A stretch of DNA of 64,000 nucleotides from Candidatus Parvarchaeota archaeon (GTDB taxonomy: Archaea; Nanobdellota; Nanobdellia; Parvarchaeales; Parvarchaeaceae): the NCBI GenBank assembly GCA_025920305.1, contig JAPDMB010000001.1, positions 538 to 64,537 on the forward strand. The letters run 5' to 3'. Under the pieces are notes generated by a model, which ran no database searches, was not told where the DNA came from, and saw only the letters and a list, made by a program, of their open reading frames with translations. A program made the translations under genes and the position numbers. Below are positions 29,136 to 39,188 of the stretch, in pieces; position 1 is the first letter of the stretch, and every line of letters starts with the position of its first letter.

Positions 29136-29878
29136 AAAGGGTGTTTTTTATTGGCGAAAATGCAGTCATATCCGCAGAGGAAGGCAAAGATATAAACACC
29201 GAATTCGGCATAATATACGCAAATAAACTGAAGGGTAAGAAGCCAGGTTCGCTTATAAAGACGCATAAAGGCGTTCCTTTCATAATTGTCGAGCCAAGTT
29301 CTATGGATCTTTTTAGGAAATTTGTCAGGTCGCCGCAGATAATCACCTTAAAAGACTTAGGCAGCATCATCGCTTATACTGGGATAAACTCAAAGAGTAA
29401 GATCCTAGATGCTGGTACAGGTTCCGGCTTTGCAGCCTGTATCCTCTCCACCATCGCTAAGAAGGTGGTGTCCTATGAGATCCGCGAAGACTTCGCAAAG
29501 ATAGCAGAGAAAAACAAGGCGCTGTTCCATGCCAACAACCTGAAGATAATAAAAGGCGACGTAGGGTCGGCTCTTAAGGAGAAAGGATTTGATGTTGCCT
29601 TACTGGACCTGCCAGAACCGCATAAAGTGATAGGTGGTATTAAGGAGCATGTAAAGGTTGGCGGCTACATAGTATGCTACCTTCCATCTACGATACAGGT
29701 AGAAAAACTGCTGCGCAGTATCCCAGAGGATCTTAAAGTTGTAAAACTGCTCCAGAATTTGGAGTTGCAATGGAAAGCAGACATAGGATCTGACATTTTA
29801 CGGCCTGAAAGCAGCGGAATAACTCATACTGCCTTCGTAATAATATTGAGGAGATATTTAGATAAGATAGGCAAATAA
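29132..29878 (+). CDS. trmI: tRNA (adenine57/58-N1)-methyltransferase TrmI
   Basis: SAM-binding ILDAGTGSGF, and SYEIREDFAK identical to the archaeal TrmI/Gcd14 block. Confidence 0.8.
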   Translation: MKRVFFIGENAVISAEEGKDINTEFGIIYANKLKGKKPGSLIKTHKGVPFIIVEPSSMDLFRKFVRSPQIITLKDLGSIIAYTGINSKSKILDAGTGSGFAACILSTIAKKVVSYEIREDFAKIAEKNKALFHANNLKIIKGDVGSALKEKGFDVALLDLPEPHKVIGGIKEHVKVGGYIVCYLPSTIQVEKLLRSIPEDLKVVKLLQNLELQWKADIGSDILRPESSGITHTAFVIILRRYLDKIGK

Positions 29879-29915
29879 ATGGAAGATTTTTATATGCGCT
29901 AAGTATTCAATTGAA

Positions 29916-31088
29916 ATGAAGATAAAAAACGTCGTGTCTAGGAAGATACTTAATTCGAATACGAATTATACTATAGAGGTGAAGCTCGTAACTGAAAACG
30001 GACTGTTCAGGGGATCCTCTCCAGCTGGTGAAAGCACAAGCGAGTATGAAGTTAAGCAATTCAAGGAGGACATAGATCAGATAGTGAGCAAGTTCAATAC
30101 ATTCCTCAAAGGCTTTTCCGGTAGATCTATAAGTTCCTTGGATGAGATATTCGACATAGAGAAAAATATACCTGAAGAATTCATAGGCGGGGCTTCTCTA
30201 TCGTTAAGTTACGCTTTGATAAGCGGCTTAGCCGCTTCTAAGGGCTTGGAGCCTTTTCAGTTATTTAGCTCAAAACAGAGGTCAAAGGTCCTCCCAATCT
30301 GCAAGATGATAGGAGGGGGAATGCATGCATCAAGGGCAGATATGAGCATACAGGAAATATTGGCGGTGACTATAAGCGATTCTGTGCAAGAGAGTATAGA
30401 TTCCACAATAAAGGTGTACAACGAGGTCAAAAGGCTTCTTTCTGATAAGACGATAAGTTTCATCGGTGGAGTGGATCCAGAGGGAGGGCTTATATCCGGA
30501 CTTGATGATTATGAATCTTTAAGTGTGGTGAGCAAGGCCGTGAACAAAATTATGAAAGAGACAGGTGAGGACATAAGGCTGGGTATAGATGCAGCCGCTT
30601 CAACTTTCTTCAAGGATGAAAGATACACATACAAGAAGCCCATCTATGGGAAGCTCGTGCTGTCGAAGGAGGAGCAGATAGATCTGATGGTGAAACTAGC
30701 AGAGGAATTCAATTTATATTATATAGAGGACCCAGTTGATGAAAATTTTCAGGAGGGGTACAAAGAGGTCATGAGAAAAACTAAGGCGTTAGTCGTAGGG
30801 GACGACTTGACAGCGACCAAGACTGAAAGGCTGGAGAAAGCTAAGGGAGACATAAATGCCACGCTTATAAAGCCGAATCAAGTAGGCTTGATGGGGGAAG
30901 TTGTGAGGTATTCAGCCCTATCGGATAAATATAAATTGACAAAGGTGCTATCTCATCGCTCAGAGGAAACTAACTCGTCGATGATTTCGGATCTTGCAGT
31001 CGGTTTAGGTGCTAAATACATAAAGGTAGGTATAAATAGGGGCGAAAGGATAGAAAAGTTAAATAGATTAAGCGAGATAACTGGATGA
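29916..31088 (+). CDS. eno: enolase (divergent)
   Basis: N-terminus RKILNS...TIEVKL...GSSPAGESTSEYE. C-terminus VVGDDL, LIKPNQVG, SHRSEET, DLAVGLGAKYIKVG, all aligning to enolase catalytic motifs. Followed by rps2 as in other archaea. Confidence 0.75.
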   Translation: MKIKNVVSRKILNSNTNYTIEVKLVTENGLFRGSSPAGESTSEYEVKQFKEDIDQIVSKFNTFLKGFSGRSISSLDEIFDIEKNIPEEFIGGASLSLSYALISGLAASKGLEPFQLFSSKQRSKVLPICKMIGGGMHASRADMSIQEILAVTISDSVQESIDSTIKVYNEVKRLLSDKTISFIGGVDPEGGLISGLDDYESLSVVSKAVNKIMKETGEDIRLGIDAAASTFFKDERYTYKKPIYGKLVLSKEEQIDLMVKLAEEFNLYYIEDPVDENFQEGYKEVMRKTKALVVGDDLTATKTERLEKAKGDINATLIKPNQVGLMGEVVRYSALSDKYKLTKVLSHRSEETNSSMISDLAVGLGAKYIKVGINRGERIEKLNRLSEITG

Positions 31089-31684
31089 CTATGAACAAAG
31101 CAGATAAACTGGAAGCGTATAAGAAATACGGTGTCAGGATAGGCACGAAGGGAGCCAACAAGTTCATGGAAAAGTTCGTATTCAAGAGAATACCTAATAA
31201 ATTTGTCATATTCAATGTGAAGATGATAGACGAGAGGATAAAACTGGGAGCCAAGCTGCTTAATAATTACAAACGCAAGGAGGTGCTGCTTGTTTCAACC
31301 TTTGATGAGGCTTACTATGCCGTTTATAACTTTTCGAGGATAATGGGCGTAAGTGTCAATTTCGGCAGGTATCTGGCCGGCTCCTTGACTAATATCTCAT
31401 ATGATAACTTCTTTGAGCCGAAGATAGTTTTCGTAACTGATCCGTTGACTGATAGAAGGGCAATAAAAGACGCTAAGAGGATCAATATACCTGTCATGGC
31501 TATATGCAACAATGACAGCAGTCTGCGTTTTATAGACCTAATAATACCCGGCAATAATAAAAAGGCAGAAAGCGTAGGCTTCATCCTATTCCTGCTTGCA
31601 AATGATATGGCTAATGACAAGGAGCGAAGCGTTCTTAGTAAGATAACCTTTGAAGATTTCATATCAAAGGAGATCTCAATATGA
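31085..31684 (+). CDS. rps2: 30S ribosomal protein S2
   Basis: About 199 aa, archaeal S2 layout (GVRIGTK...FVIFNV...ICNND). Conserved eno-rps2 adjacency. Confidence 0.85.
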   Translation: MTMNKADKLEAYKKYGVRIGTKGANKFMEKFVFKRIPNKFVIFNVKMIDERIKLGAKLLNNYKRKEVLLVSTFDEAYYAVYNFSRIMGVSVNFGRYLAGSLTNISYDNFFEPKIVFVTDPLTDRRAIKDAKRINIPVMAICNNDSSLRFIDLIIPGNNKKAESVGFILFLLANDMANDKERSVLSKITFEDFISKEISI

Positions 31685-31714
31685 TTCCAAATCTATAGAT
31701 TTTGTCGGATACAT

Positions 31715-32059
31715 ATGTTTTTAGTAGATGTATATGACGGGCAGAAGCTGGTGCGTAAGTCTGTGAAGTACTGCCAGGATCTTGGATCTAAAGTAATTGG
31801 TTTGATGTTCGTATCCTCTCCAGGTAATGGAGTTTTCTTACCGGATGTCAAAGACATCCATATGAACTTTGTGAGATTTAATCTGGATGTTATATGGCTT
31901 GATGCTAACAATACGGTCGTCAAGAAAGTTACAGCTAAGCCTTGGAAGCTTTACTATGGCCCGCCAAATGCAAGGCATGTGTTAGAGCTACCGGAGCGGG
32001 CTGGCTCAAAGATCAAACTTCGGGATAAGTTGTACCTTAAGAACAAGAGGAAAGTATAG
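31715..32059 (+). CDS. DUF192 (COG1430) family protein
   Basis: GLMFVSSPGNGVFLP...MNFVRFNLDVIWLDANNTVV fits the DUF192 pattern (GLM...F.F....MKNT..PLD.IF.D). Confidence 0.6.
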   Translation: MFLVDVYDGQKLVRKSVKYCQDLGSKVIGLMFVSSPGNGVFLPDVKDIHMNFVRFNLDVIWLDANNTVVKKVTAKPWKLYYGPPNARHVLELPERAGSKIKLRDKLYLKNKRKV

Positions 32060-32060
32060 A

Positions 32061-32972
32061 ATGGAAGAATTAAAGACGGACCTGGTCAATTCAAACAGCA
32101 GATTCAAGAAATTTGGAAAGTTCTCCTTCGTATTCCCAGGTAATTCAATGGTCAGGCTCGGTGATGGGATCCAAGTACACAGATTAGATTTTCCTCATTT
32201 AGAGGTCGCCGATTTGAAGAGATCGGTTAAAGAGTCCCTATGCAGCTCGATTGGAGTAGCGGATGCGGTTTTGCTGTCCGGAGGGATAGACTCCTCAGTG
32301 ATCGCCAAGCTGGAATATGATGTAAATAAACATGTAAAATTTATATCCTGCGGTTTTGCCGGCAGTCATGACCTTATATACGCCAACATACTGGCTAAAC
32401 AGCTGAATGCAGATATAATAAATGTGAATTTGAGTGAGGATATTGTGGTTGATACGATGAAGACGCTGAAAGGATTAGGTTTCACTGGCTATGATCTGAT
32501 CCTGGGCATAGTCGAGTATAACTGCCTAAAAAAGATGAGCGATCTTAATTTAAAGACGGCTTTGACGGGTATGGGGAGCGATGAGCTTTTGTTTGGTTAT
32601 GATAAGTATAAATACCTTGATAGGCATTCATTAATAGACTATAGGCTAGATAGGGTCTCATATATCAGTGTGACAGATGGTTTCAGGATAAACAAGTTGG
32701 CCAAACTATTCAAGGTTAATGTATTATCTCCTTACCTAGACACTGAATTTGTAAGACTAGCTATGAACTATGATATCACAGGAGAAAAGTATGAAGATAT
32801 GTCAGGTAAAAAGGTGCTTAGAATGATCGCCGATGAGATCGGTATAGACAAGAGGATAGTAAACCGTGAGAAAAAGGCCATGCAGTATGGAAGCGGTGTA
32901 CTGCCAGCTCTGCGAGCTATATCAAAGGCGAGAGGATTTAAGGGTGTAAATGAACTAGCAAATGCATTATGA
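32061..32972 (+). CDS. asparagine synthetase-like PP-loop ATP pyrophosphatase, synthetase domain only (no glutaminase domain)
   Basis: PP-loop LLSGGIDSSVIAKL. A C-terminal block KKVLRMIADEIGIDKRIVNREKKAMQYGSG like the AsnB C-terminal region. Only 303 aa. Confidence 0.55.
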   Translation: MEELKTDLVNSNSRFKKFGKFSFVFPGNSMVRLGDGIQVHRLDFPHLEVADLKRSVKESLCSSIGVADAVLLSGGIDSSVIAKLEYDVNKHVKFISCGFAGSHDLIYANILAKQLNADIINVNLSEDIVVDTMKTLKGLGFTGYDLILGIVEYNCLKKMSDLNLKTALTGMGSDELLFGYDKYKYLDRHSLIDYRLDRVSYISVTDGFRINKLAKLFKVNVLSPYLDTEFVRLAMNYDITGEKYEDMSGKKVLRMIADEIGIDKRIVNREKKAMQYGSGVLPALRAISKARGFKGVNELANAL

Positions 32973-33035
32973 TGCCGAAATCGATGTGAATCGGACGGCA
33001 TCCATTAACTAGCATCTGCTAAAAGGAGGTAAAAT

Positions 33036-34370
33036 ATGATAAAGATAACAGCTTTGGGCGGATACAGTAAGATAGGCAAGAATATGACAGCCATAGACAT
33101 AGATGGCGAGATAGTTATAACGGACATGGGCGCCGACATGGAGAGACTTGTTGATTTTCAAGAGGATTCTAAGACCATCACTGCGAAGGATTCAAGCAAG
33201 CTTATAGAAAGCGGTATAATACCAGATGATAGGGAATTCTTTGAAAAAGAAGGGAAAAAGGTGAAGGCCATAGTCATAGGGCACGGGCACCTTGACCATA
33301 TTTGGGCTGTGCCTTTTCTAGCCGCTAAATATAAATGCCCAGTCATAACGACTTTATTTACATCCAAGATATTGACCCATCTGATGACGGATTATAACAG
33401 CTTTAACTTGAAGATCGTCAGACTAATCGAAGGGAACCTGTTCAAGATATCAGACAAGATCAGCATCGAGCTTGTCCATATAACTCATTCTATACCAAAT
33501 AGTACTTTGATCGTTATACATACCCCTTATGGGGCGGTGATATATGCCAATGACTGGAAATTTGACAATTATCCGACGCTCGGGAAGAAACCAAACTATG
33601 AGAGACTGGAGGAGATAAGCAAGAAAGGGATAGCAGCGGTCATCTCCGACTCTACAAGGATAGACTATGACGGTTATTCGTTCTCGGAAAGCGTCGCGAA
33701 AATAATGCTCGAAGACGTTATAAGGAAGAGCCTTAAGCATAAAACTATATTCGTTACCACCTTCTCTTCGCATATAGCGAGGATAAGGAACATAATCGAG
33801 GTCGCAAACAGATTTAACAGGCAGGTTATGATATTTGGAAGGAGCATGGACCTTTACATAGAATCAGCTATATCCGCAAATATAGTGGACAAAAAGATGT
33901 TTCCGAAGGTATATAAAGCGTTTCCGCTGGTAAATAGGGCGTTGAGGGTTGTAAATGAGAATCCAGGCAAGTATCTTATAATATGTACTGGCCATCAGGG
34001 CGAGCCGAACTCCTTTTTGAGGAGGTTGTCTGCAGAAGAGTATAACTATAAGGTTTCTAGTGAGGATGCCATAATATTCTCGTCTGAGACAATCCCGACA
34101 CCTGTAAATATAGCAAACAAAAACATTCTGAAGAAAGGTCTGTTAGAGAAAGGCGCTTACATCGTCGAAAATGTCCACGTATCTGGCCATGCATACAAGA
34201 ATGACCACAGAAACTTCATAAAGATGCTTATGCCGAAGCATTATATACCATCCCATGGCGGTATAGACAAAATAAGCGTCGGCATATCCTTAAGCAGAGA
34301 GTTCGGGTACGAGCTTGGGAAGACCTCGCATATACTTCTGGACAACCAAGAACTCGAATTGAACGTGTGA
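33036..34370 (+). CDS. rnj: archaeal RNase J (beta-CASP metallo-beta-lactamase ribonuclease)
   Basis: N-terminus KITALGGYSKIGKNMTAIDIDGEIVITDMG, HGHLDH motif, beta-CASP region. 444 aa. Confidence 0.85.
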   Translation: MIKITALGGYSKIGKNMTAIDIDGEIVITDMGADMERLVDFQEDSKTITAKDSSKLIESGIIPDDREFFEKEGKKVKAIVIGHGHLDHIWAVPFLAAKYKCPVITTLFTSKILTHLMTDYNSFNLKIVRLIEGNLFKISDKISIELVHITHSIPNSTLIVIHTPYGAVIYANDWKFDNYPTLGKKPNYERLEEISKKGIAAVISDSTRIDYDGYSFSESVAKIMLEDVIRKSLKHKTIFVTTFSSHIARIRNIIEVANRFNRQVMIFGRSMDLYIESAISANIVDKKMFPKVYKAFPLVNRALRVVNENPGKYLIICTGHQGEPNSFLRRLSAEEYNYKVSSEDAIIFSSETIPTPVNIANKNILKKGLLEKGAYIVENVHVSGHAYKNDHRNFIKMLMPKHYIPSHGGIDKISVGISLSREFGYELGKTSHILLDNQELELNV

Positions 34371-34434
34371 GTATGCTCTTAATCTAGCGTCATACCGCAT
34401 AAAGGTTAAATTTGAGAGCATTCTCAGGTTTTAG

Positions 34435-36759
34435 ATGGGCGAGATTAAGAACTGGGGCAGTGATTCAGAATTGAAGGTGCTCGATAGATGGAAAAAAGAA
34501 GAGAAGTCTAATTTTTCCATCGACTCAAAGAAGCCTTATTTCGGTATGGATACCCCTCCCCCGTATACTTCTGGAAGGCCCTGGCATCTAGGTGCAGCAG
34601 CGCATTACTCTAAAATAGATATGATAGGCAGAGCTGCTAGGATGCTGGGATATAACGTTCTATTCCCAATCGGTATGGATAGAAATGGGATACCTGTTGA
34701 AAAATACGTCGAGAAGAGATATAATATTAAGATACAGGAGACTGAAAGAGCGAAGTTCTTGAAGTTATGTCAGAGCGCACTCGATGAGTTAGAGAAGGAG
34801 ATGGTCGGTATCCTGGAGCGGCTTGGTTATTCCGGAGACATGAAGAATATGTACAGGACAGATTCCGAGGAATACAGGAGATTTACACAAGCCACATTTA
34901 TAGATCTATGGAAGAGAGGTCTGGTCTATAGGGGCACAAGACCTAGCAACTACTGTTCGGACTGCAATACTACGATAGCAGACGCTGAGATAATCTATAA
35001 AGATGTGCCTTCAAAATTGGTATATATCAAGTTTAAACTTAAAGGCGCAGACGAATCCATAGTAATAGCTACTACTAGGCCGGAGATGCTGGCTGCCTGC
35101 GAAGCTGTAATAGTGAATCCGAGCGACAGCAGGTATAGAAATCTGACTGGAAAGACCGTTATCACCCCTATATATGGCAAAGAGGTTCCCATAGTCGCAG
35201 ATGAGTCGGCGGATAAAGAATACGGCTCAGGAGCTGAGATGCTGTGTACGTATGGGGATTATAATGATATCCTCTTATCCAGAAAATTGAAAGTAAAAGA
35301 AACTATAATCATAAATGATAAAGGCAGGATGACAGATTCAGCCGGTGAACTGCTGAGCGGCTTGACTGTTAATGACGCCAGGAAGAAGATGATAGAAACT
35401 TTGGAAAGAGAGGGATATATCGATAAGATAGTGGATATAATGCATCGTTCTCCTTTTTGTGAGAGAAGTAACACTTTAATAGAGATCATACCGATGGATG
35501 AATATTATGTAAAGGTGGTGGATTTCAAGCCGAAATTGCTCGAGCTTGCTAATCAAATCGATTTTGTCCCAGATAGAAGCAGGCAGCTGCTTCTTAATTG
35601 GATAGATACCGCTATGGATTGGCCTATATCAAGGAGGAGGTTTTACGGCACGGAGATACCTATATGGTACTGTAAGAATTGCGGAGAACCATACGTGCCG
35701 GAACCAGGCAGATACTACAGGCCATGGCTTGAAGACCCACCTGCCGGCGCTGTATGTAAAAAATGCGGCGGCACAGAATTCATCGGAGACACACGAACGT
35801 TTGATACATGGGTGGATTCAAGCATAACCCCGCTGTATGTGACTAGATATCTTATAGACGAAAAGTTCAATTCTATAACTTACCCTCTTACGATAAGGAC
35901 GCAGGGATTAGACATAGTCAGGACATGGCTTTTTTATAGCCTCCTTAGAGGTTACCAGTTGACGAATAAAGCGCCGTGGAAGACTGTATGGATAGATGGA
36001 GTAGGCTTGGATGAACACGGGGAAAAGATGTCTAAGAGTAAGGGCAATGTGCTGGATCCGGTCCCTATAATCGAGAAATATGGGGCAGACGCATTTAGGT
36101 TCTGGGCGGCATCAGAGGCATCTCCCGGAAGCAATATGCTTTTCTCGGAGAAGAAACTGCAAGGCGCATCCAAATTTTTAAATAAAGTCTTGAACATATC
36201 GAATTTTATCAGCTTGTTCAAATTTGAAAATGATATAAAAGAAGCTGAGCTTCTACCCACAGATAAATGGATACTAGCCAACCTGTCGAAGCTTACGGAT
36301 AAGGTGGTCTCTGCTTACAGGTCCTTTGATTTATTCACCTCCTCGAATAGCATCAGAGAGTTCATTTGGAATATATTTGCACCGCATTACTTAGAGATGA
36401 TAAAGGCCAGGGTTTATGGAAGCGGCTTCTCTAAATCCGAGAGAGATTCAGCGATTTATACACTTCATAAGGTGTTCAAGGTCTTGTTGCTCTTGCTATC
36501 GCCAATAACCCCGTTCATAACGGATGAACTATGGAATAGGGAGTATGGTGAGACTATAAGTTCCAAAGTCCTTCCGGAGACGAGCGGAATCGAGGAGAGT
36601 TATCTTTCTCTCAATGAAGCTATAATATCCTTCAACACGAAGATCTGGAAGGAGAAGAAATCCGCCGGTAAATCGCTTAGAGACAGTATCTCTATAACTC
36701 TACCCGATGAATTGAAGCCGTTTGAGAAGGATCTGATCTCTATGCATAATATAATCTGA
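34435..36759 (+). CDS. leuS: class Ia aminoacyl-tRNA synthetase, LeuRS-like (ValRS/IleRS not excluded), short, with altered HIGH motif
   Basis: PPPYTSGRPWHLGAAAHY; GYNVLFPIGMDRNGIPVE (cf. archaeal LeuRS GYNVLFPMAWHVTGAPV); KMSKSKGNVLDP...YGADAFRFW; zinc knuckles CSDCNT/CKNCG. Only 774 aa. Confidence 0.55.
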   Translation: MGEIKNWGSDSELKVLDRWKKEEKSNFSIDSKKPYFGMDTPPPYTSGRPWHLGAAAHYSKIDMIGRAARMLGYNVLFPIGMDRNGIPVEKYVEKRYNIKIQETERAKFLKLCQSALDELEKEMVGILERLGYSGDMKNMYRTDSEEYRRFTQATFIDLWKRGLVYRGTRPSNYCSDCNTTIADAEIIYKDVPSKLVYIKFKLKGADESIVIATTRPEMLAACEAVIVNPSDSRYRNLTGKTVITPIYGKEVPIVADESADKEYGSGAEMLCTYGDYNDILLSRKLKVKETIIINDKGRMTDSAGELLSGLTVNDARKKMIETLEREGYIDKIVDIMHRSPFCERSNTLIEIIPMDEYYVKVVDFKPKLLELANQIDFVPDRSRQLLLNWIDTAMDWPISRRRFYGTEIPIWYCKNCGEPYVPEPGRYYRPWLEDPPAGAVCKKCGGTEFIGDTRTFDTWVDSSITPLYVTRYLIDEKFNSITYPLTIRTQGLDIVRTWLFYSLLRGYQLTNKAPWKTVWIDGVGLDEHGEKMSKSKGNVLDPVPIIEKYGADAFRFWAASEASPGSNMLFSEKKLQGASKFLNKVLNISNFISLFKFENDIKEAELLPTDKWILANLSKLTDKVVSAYRSFDLFTSSNSIREFIWNIFAPHYLEMIKARVYGSGFSKSERDSAIYTLHKVFKVLLLLLSPITPFITDELWNREYGETISSKVLPETSGIEESYLSLNEAIISFNTKIWKEKKSAGKSLRDSISITLPDELKPFEKDLISMHNII

Positions 36760-36760
36760 T

Positions 36761-36967
36761 ATGGTCAAGGTTAAGGTAAGAAACATAAATTTTGGGGAGA
36801 AGGAAGTGGACATTAAATCTGGCGCTGTGTCGGAGATAATGGATGCACTCGGGAAGAACGATGATTCTGTTATATTTGTGGACGAAGAAGGCAAAATATA
36901 CACATCGGATGTGGTCGTAGAGGATGGAAAGGCCCTTAATATGATCGAAGTCTTCTCTGGAGGATGA
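36761..36967 (+). CDS. ubiquitin-like small archaeal modifier / sulfur carrier (MoaD/ThiS/SAMP family)
   Basis: 68-aa protein ending ...VFSGG (C-terminal Gly-Gly). Immediately upstream of the PP-loop/zinc-finger thiolase gene. Confidence 0.7.
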   Translation: MVKVKVRNINFGEKEVDIKSGAVSEIMDALGKNDDSVIFVDEEGKIYTSDVVVEDGKALNMIEVFSGG

Positions 36968-36970
36968 ACT

Positions 36971-37879
36971 ATGTTCTGTCAGATATGCGGTAAGGAAGCG
37001 GTCATATCGTCTGCCAGCGGTACGTTCTGCAGGGAGCATTTCCTGGACTATTTTGAGGATGCTGTTTTAGAGACCATCTCCAAGTACAGCCTCATAAATC
37101 CGCATGAGAAGATCGTAGTTGCGAATTCTGGAGGGAAGGATTCTCTGTCCTTGCTTTACGTGCTGAATAAATTCTTTAGAAATACAAACGACATACTGTC
37201 TGTGACTATAGATGAAGGAATCAAAGGCTATAGAGATAAGACGATAGACATAATGAAACATTATTGCGAGGCATGGGGTATAAAGTATAAAATATACTCT
37301 TATAAGGATTTCACAGAAAAGAGCATGGATGAGCTTACGAAGATAAGGCACGGTATACCATGTTCGTACTGCGGAACATTGAGGAGGTACCTGCTCAACA
37401 AAGCTGCACTTGAAAACAATGCGGACAAGATGGCGACAGCGCATAACCTTGACGATGAAGCTGAGAGCGTCCTAATGAACTTGATACAAAATGACAATAG
37501 TCGATTTTTGAGGATCGGTGCGAACGTAGGGTTTGTAAACGACGATAAATTCATCCCCAGGATAAAACCGCTTATGTTTATAAGTGAAAAGGAGACTATG
37601 ATGTACTCTATAATGATGGGCATAAATGCTATCCACTCTGAATGCCCTTATGCAAAGTTCGGGATACGTAGTACGGTATCGGAGATAGTGAAGGAGATAG
37701 AGACTTCACATCGAGGTGGAAAGAGAAATATCGTGGAATGCGCGCTGACAGTTGCAAACAGCTTAAGAGGCGTCGCAGAGCGCAGAGAACTGAATAGGTG
37801 CCGCATATGCGGAGCGCCATCATCTAAAGAAGTATGTGAAGCTTGTTCAATAAAATTGTCTTTAAAGATCAGTATATAG
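36971..37879 (+). CDS. ncsA: tRNA 2-thiolation protein (TtuA/NcsA/Ncs6 family)
   Basis: N-terminal CxxC...C..H zinc finger (CQICG...CREHF), PP-loop VANSGGKDS, central CSYCG, C-terminal CRICG...CEAC. Confidence 0.8.
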   Translation: MFCQICGKEAVISSASGTFCREHFLDYFEDAVLETISKYSLINPHEKIVVANSGGKDSLSLLYVLNKFFRNTNDILSVTIDEGIKGYRDKTIDIMKHYCEAWGIKYKIYSYKDFTEKSMDELTKIRHGIPCSYCGTLRRYLLNKAALENNADKMATAHNLDDEAESVLMNLIQNDNSRFLRIGANVGFVNDDKFIPRIKPLMFISEKETMMYSIMMGINAIHSECPYAKFGIRSTVSEIVKEIETSHRGGKRNIVECALTVANSLRGVAERRELNRCRICGAPSSKEVCEACSIKLSLKISI

Positions 37880-37939
37880 AAATTAGTTCTGGAGCTCAGC
37901 AATTAAATCTTTAAATATCAAAATAATTAATATACTTAA

Positions 37940-39187
37940 ATGGCAGATTTAGCATATATCAATGTTTCTCAGAATTACGATGATTACAAAAGAAGTGTAG
38001 ACGCATTCAATTTATCCCTGCATTCGATTGTCTCTGAGATCTATAATCAGCTTCGCACACTGGCTGATTCAGTTTCAAGCACGAATAATATAATTAAGGA
38101 CTATGGTGATAGGATCTCAAGACTGAATGCAGATACCGGCCGACTTGATGCCCAGTTGAAGCAGGTGTTTCAGACGATATACACGCTATCAAACAGCGTG
38201 AATAACCTTAATAAATCGACATCAGGCGCAATATCTGGGCTTTCTTCAGCTATAGATGGCGTAGATGCAAAGCTGACGAAACTTTCAGATACAACTCTGA
38301 AATCAATCCCATCTATAAATGAACTTATAGAGCAGATCAACACCTTAAAAGAGGGCTATAAGACCATTACGACCATAAGTTCTAGCTTCAATGATCTTGC
38401 TAAGAATGTCAATGCTGCGATTTCAAATCAGAATTCTGCTATAAACGACTTGAATTCTAGGATGACGAAACTTTCGGACACAGTTGTAAATTCTATACCA
38501 TCATTGAACGGGGCGGTAGAGGAAATAGATAACGTAAAAAGAGATCTTTCAGGCGTGAAGAATGAGATAAAAACAGTGGTCGACTCAGTTAATTCCCTTA
38601 ATGTGCAGACGAACGGCTTCCAGTTGAAGTTGGATTCAATCGGCTCAGAGTTCGCCAACATAGAGAAGAACATATCTGATTTACATAAATCTTCATTAGA
38701 TTTTATAAATACAAGTAAGGGGATCATGTCAGCGTTCTCGAGCGCGGACATGGAGAATATAATGACCTCAATAAAAATGCTAACAGATAAACTGGAATCG
38801 ACTGTCGCTCAGGTGAATAAACTTTCTGACGATAATATATCTATTAGAAAGGATTTAAGTGGCATATCTAGTAAGATGTCTGATTTGAGCGTCCTAAAGA
38901 ACTCAAATAAGATCCTAGAGGAAGCCGTGAGCACAGCGAAAACTATAAGCGACGCAGAAAGCAGGATAAACAGCATAAGTTCAAAGACCGAGCTCATATT
39001 CAATCAGGTAACAGAGTCCGCGGGTAAGTTCACGCAGTTCGATGATAAGCTGAACGATTTAAGCAGAAAGATTTTCGAGCTTGGAAAGGAGATAGATAGA
39101 CTGAAGACCGCTCTGCCGATGTTTGCTACTAAGGATGATATTCTTGCATTGAATAAAAAAATAAATGAAAATGTGAAGACAAGTTAA
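37940..39187 (+). CDS. repeat-containing coiled-coil protein, hypothetical (415 aa)
   Basis: Recurring blocks (LTKLSDTTLKSIPSINELIEQINTLK / MTKLSDTVVNSIPSLNGAVEEIDNVK). S/N/T-rich, predicted long alpha-helical coiled coil. No signal peptide. Confidence 0.5.
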   Translation: MADLAYINVSQNYDDYKRSVDAFNLSLHSIVSEIYNQLRTLADSVSSTNNIIKDYGDRISRLNADTGRLDAQLKQVFQTIYTLSNSVNNLNKSTSGAISGLSSAIDGVDAKLTKLSDTTLKSIPSINELIEQINTLKEGYKTITTISSSFNDLAKNVNAAISNQNSAINDLNSRMTKLSDTVVNSIPSLNGAVEEIDNVKRDLSGVKNEIKTVVDSVNSLNVQTNGFQLKLDSIGSEFANIEKNISDLHKSSLDFINTSKGIMSAFSSADMENIMTSIKMLTDKLESTVAQVNKLSDDNISIRKDLSGISSKMSDLSVLKNSNKILEEAVSTAKTISDAESRINSISSKTELIFNQVTESAGKFTQFDDKLNDLSRKIFELGKEIDRLKTALPMFATKDDILALNKKINENVKTS

Positions 39188-39188
39188 T

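Noticed and set aside
31693-31923. 76-aa minus-strand ORF
   Set aside because: Overlaps the DUF192 gene on the opposite strand, with no start context or motif.
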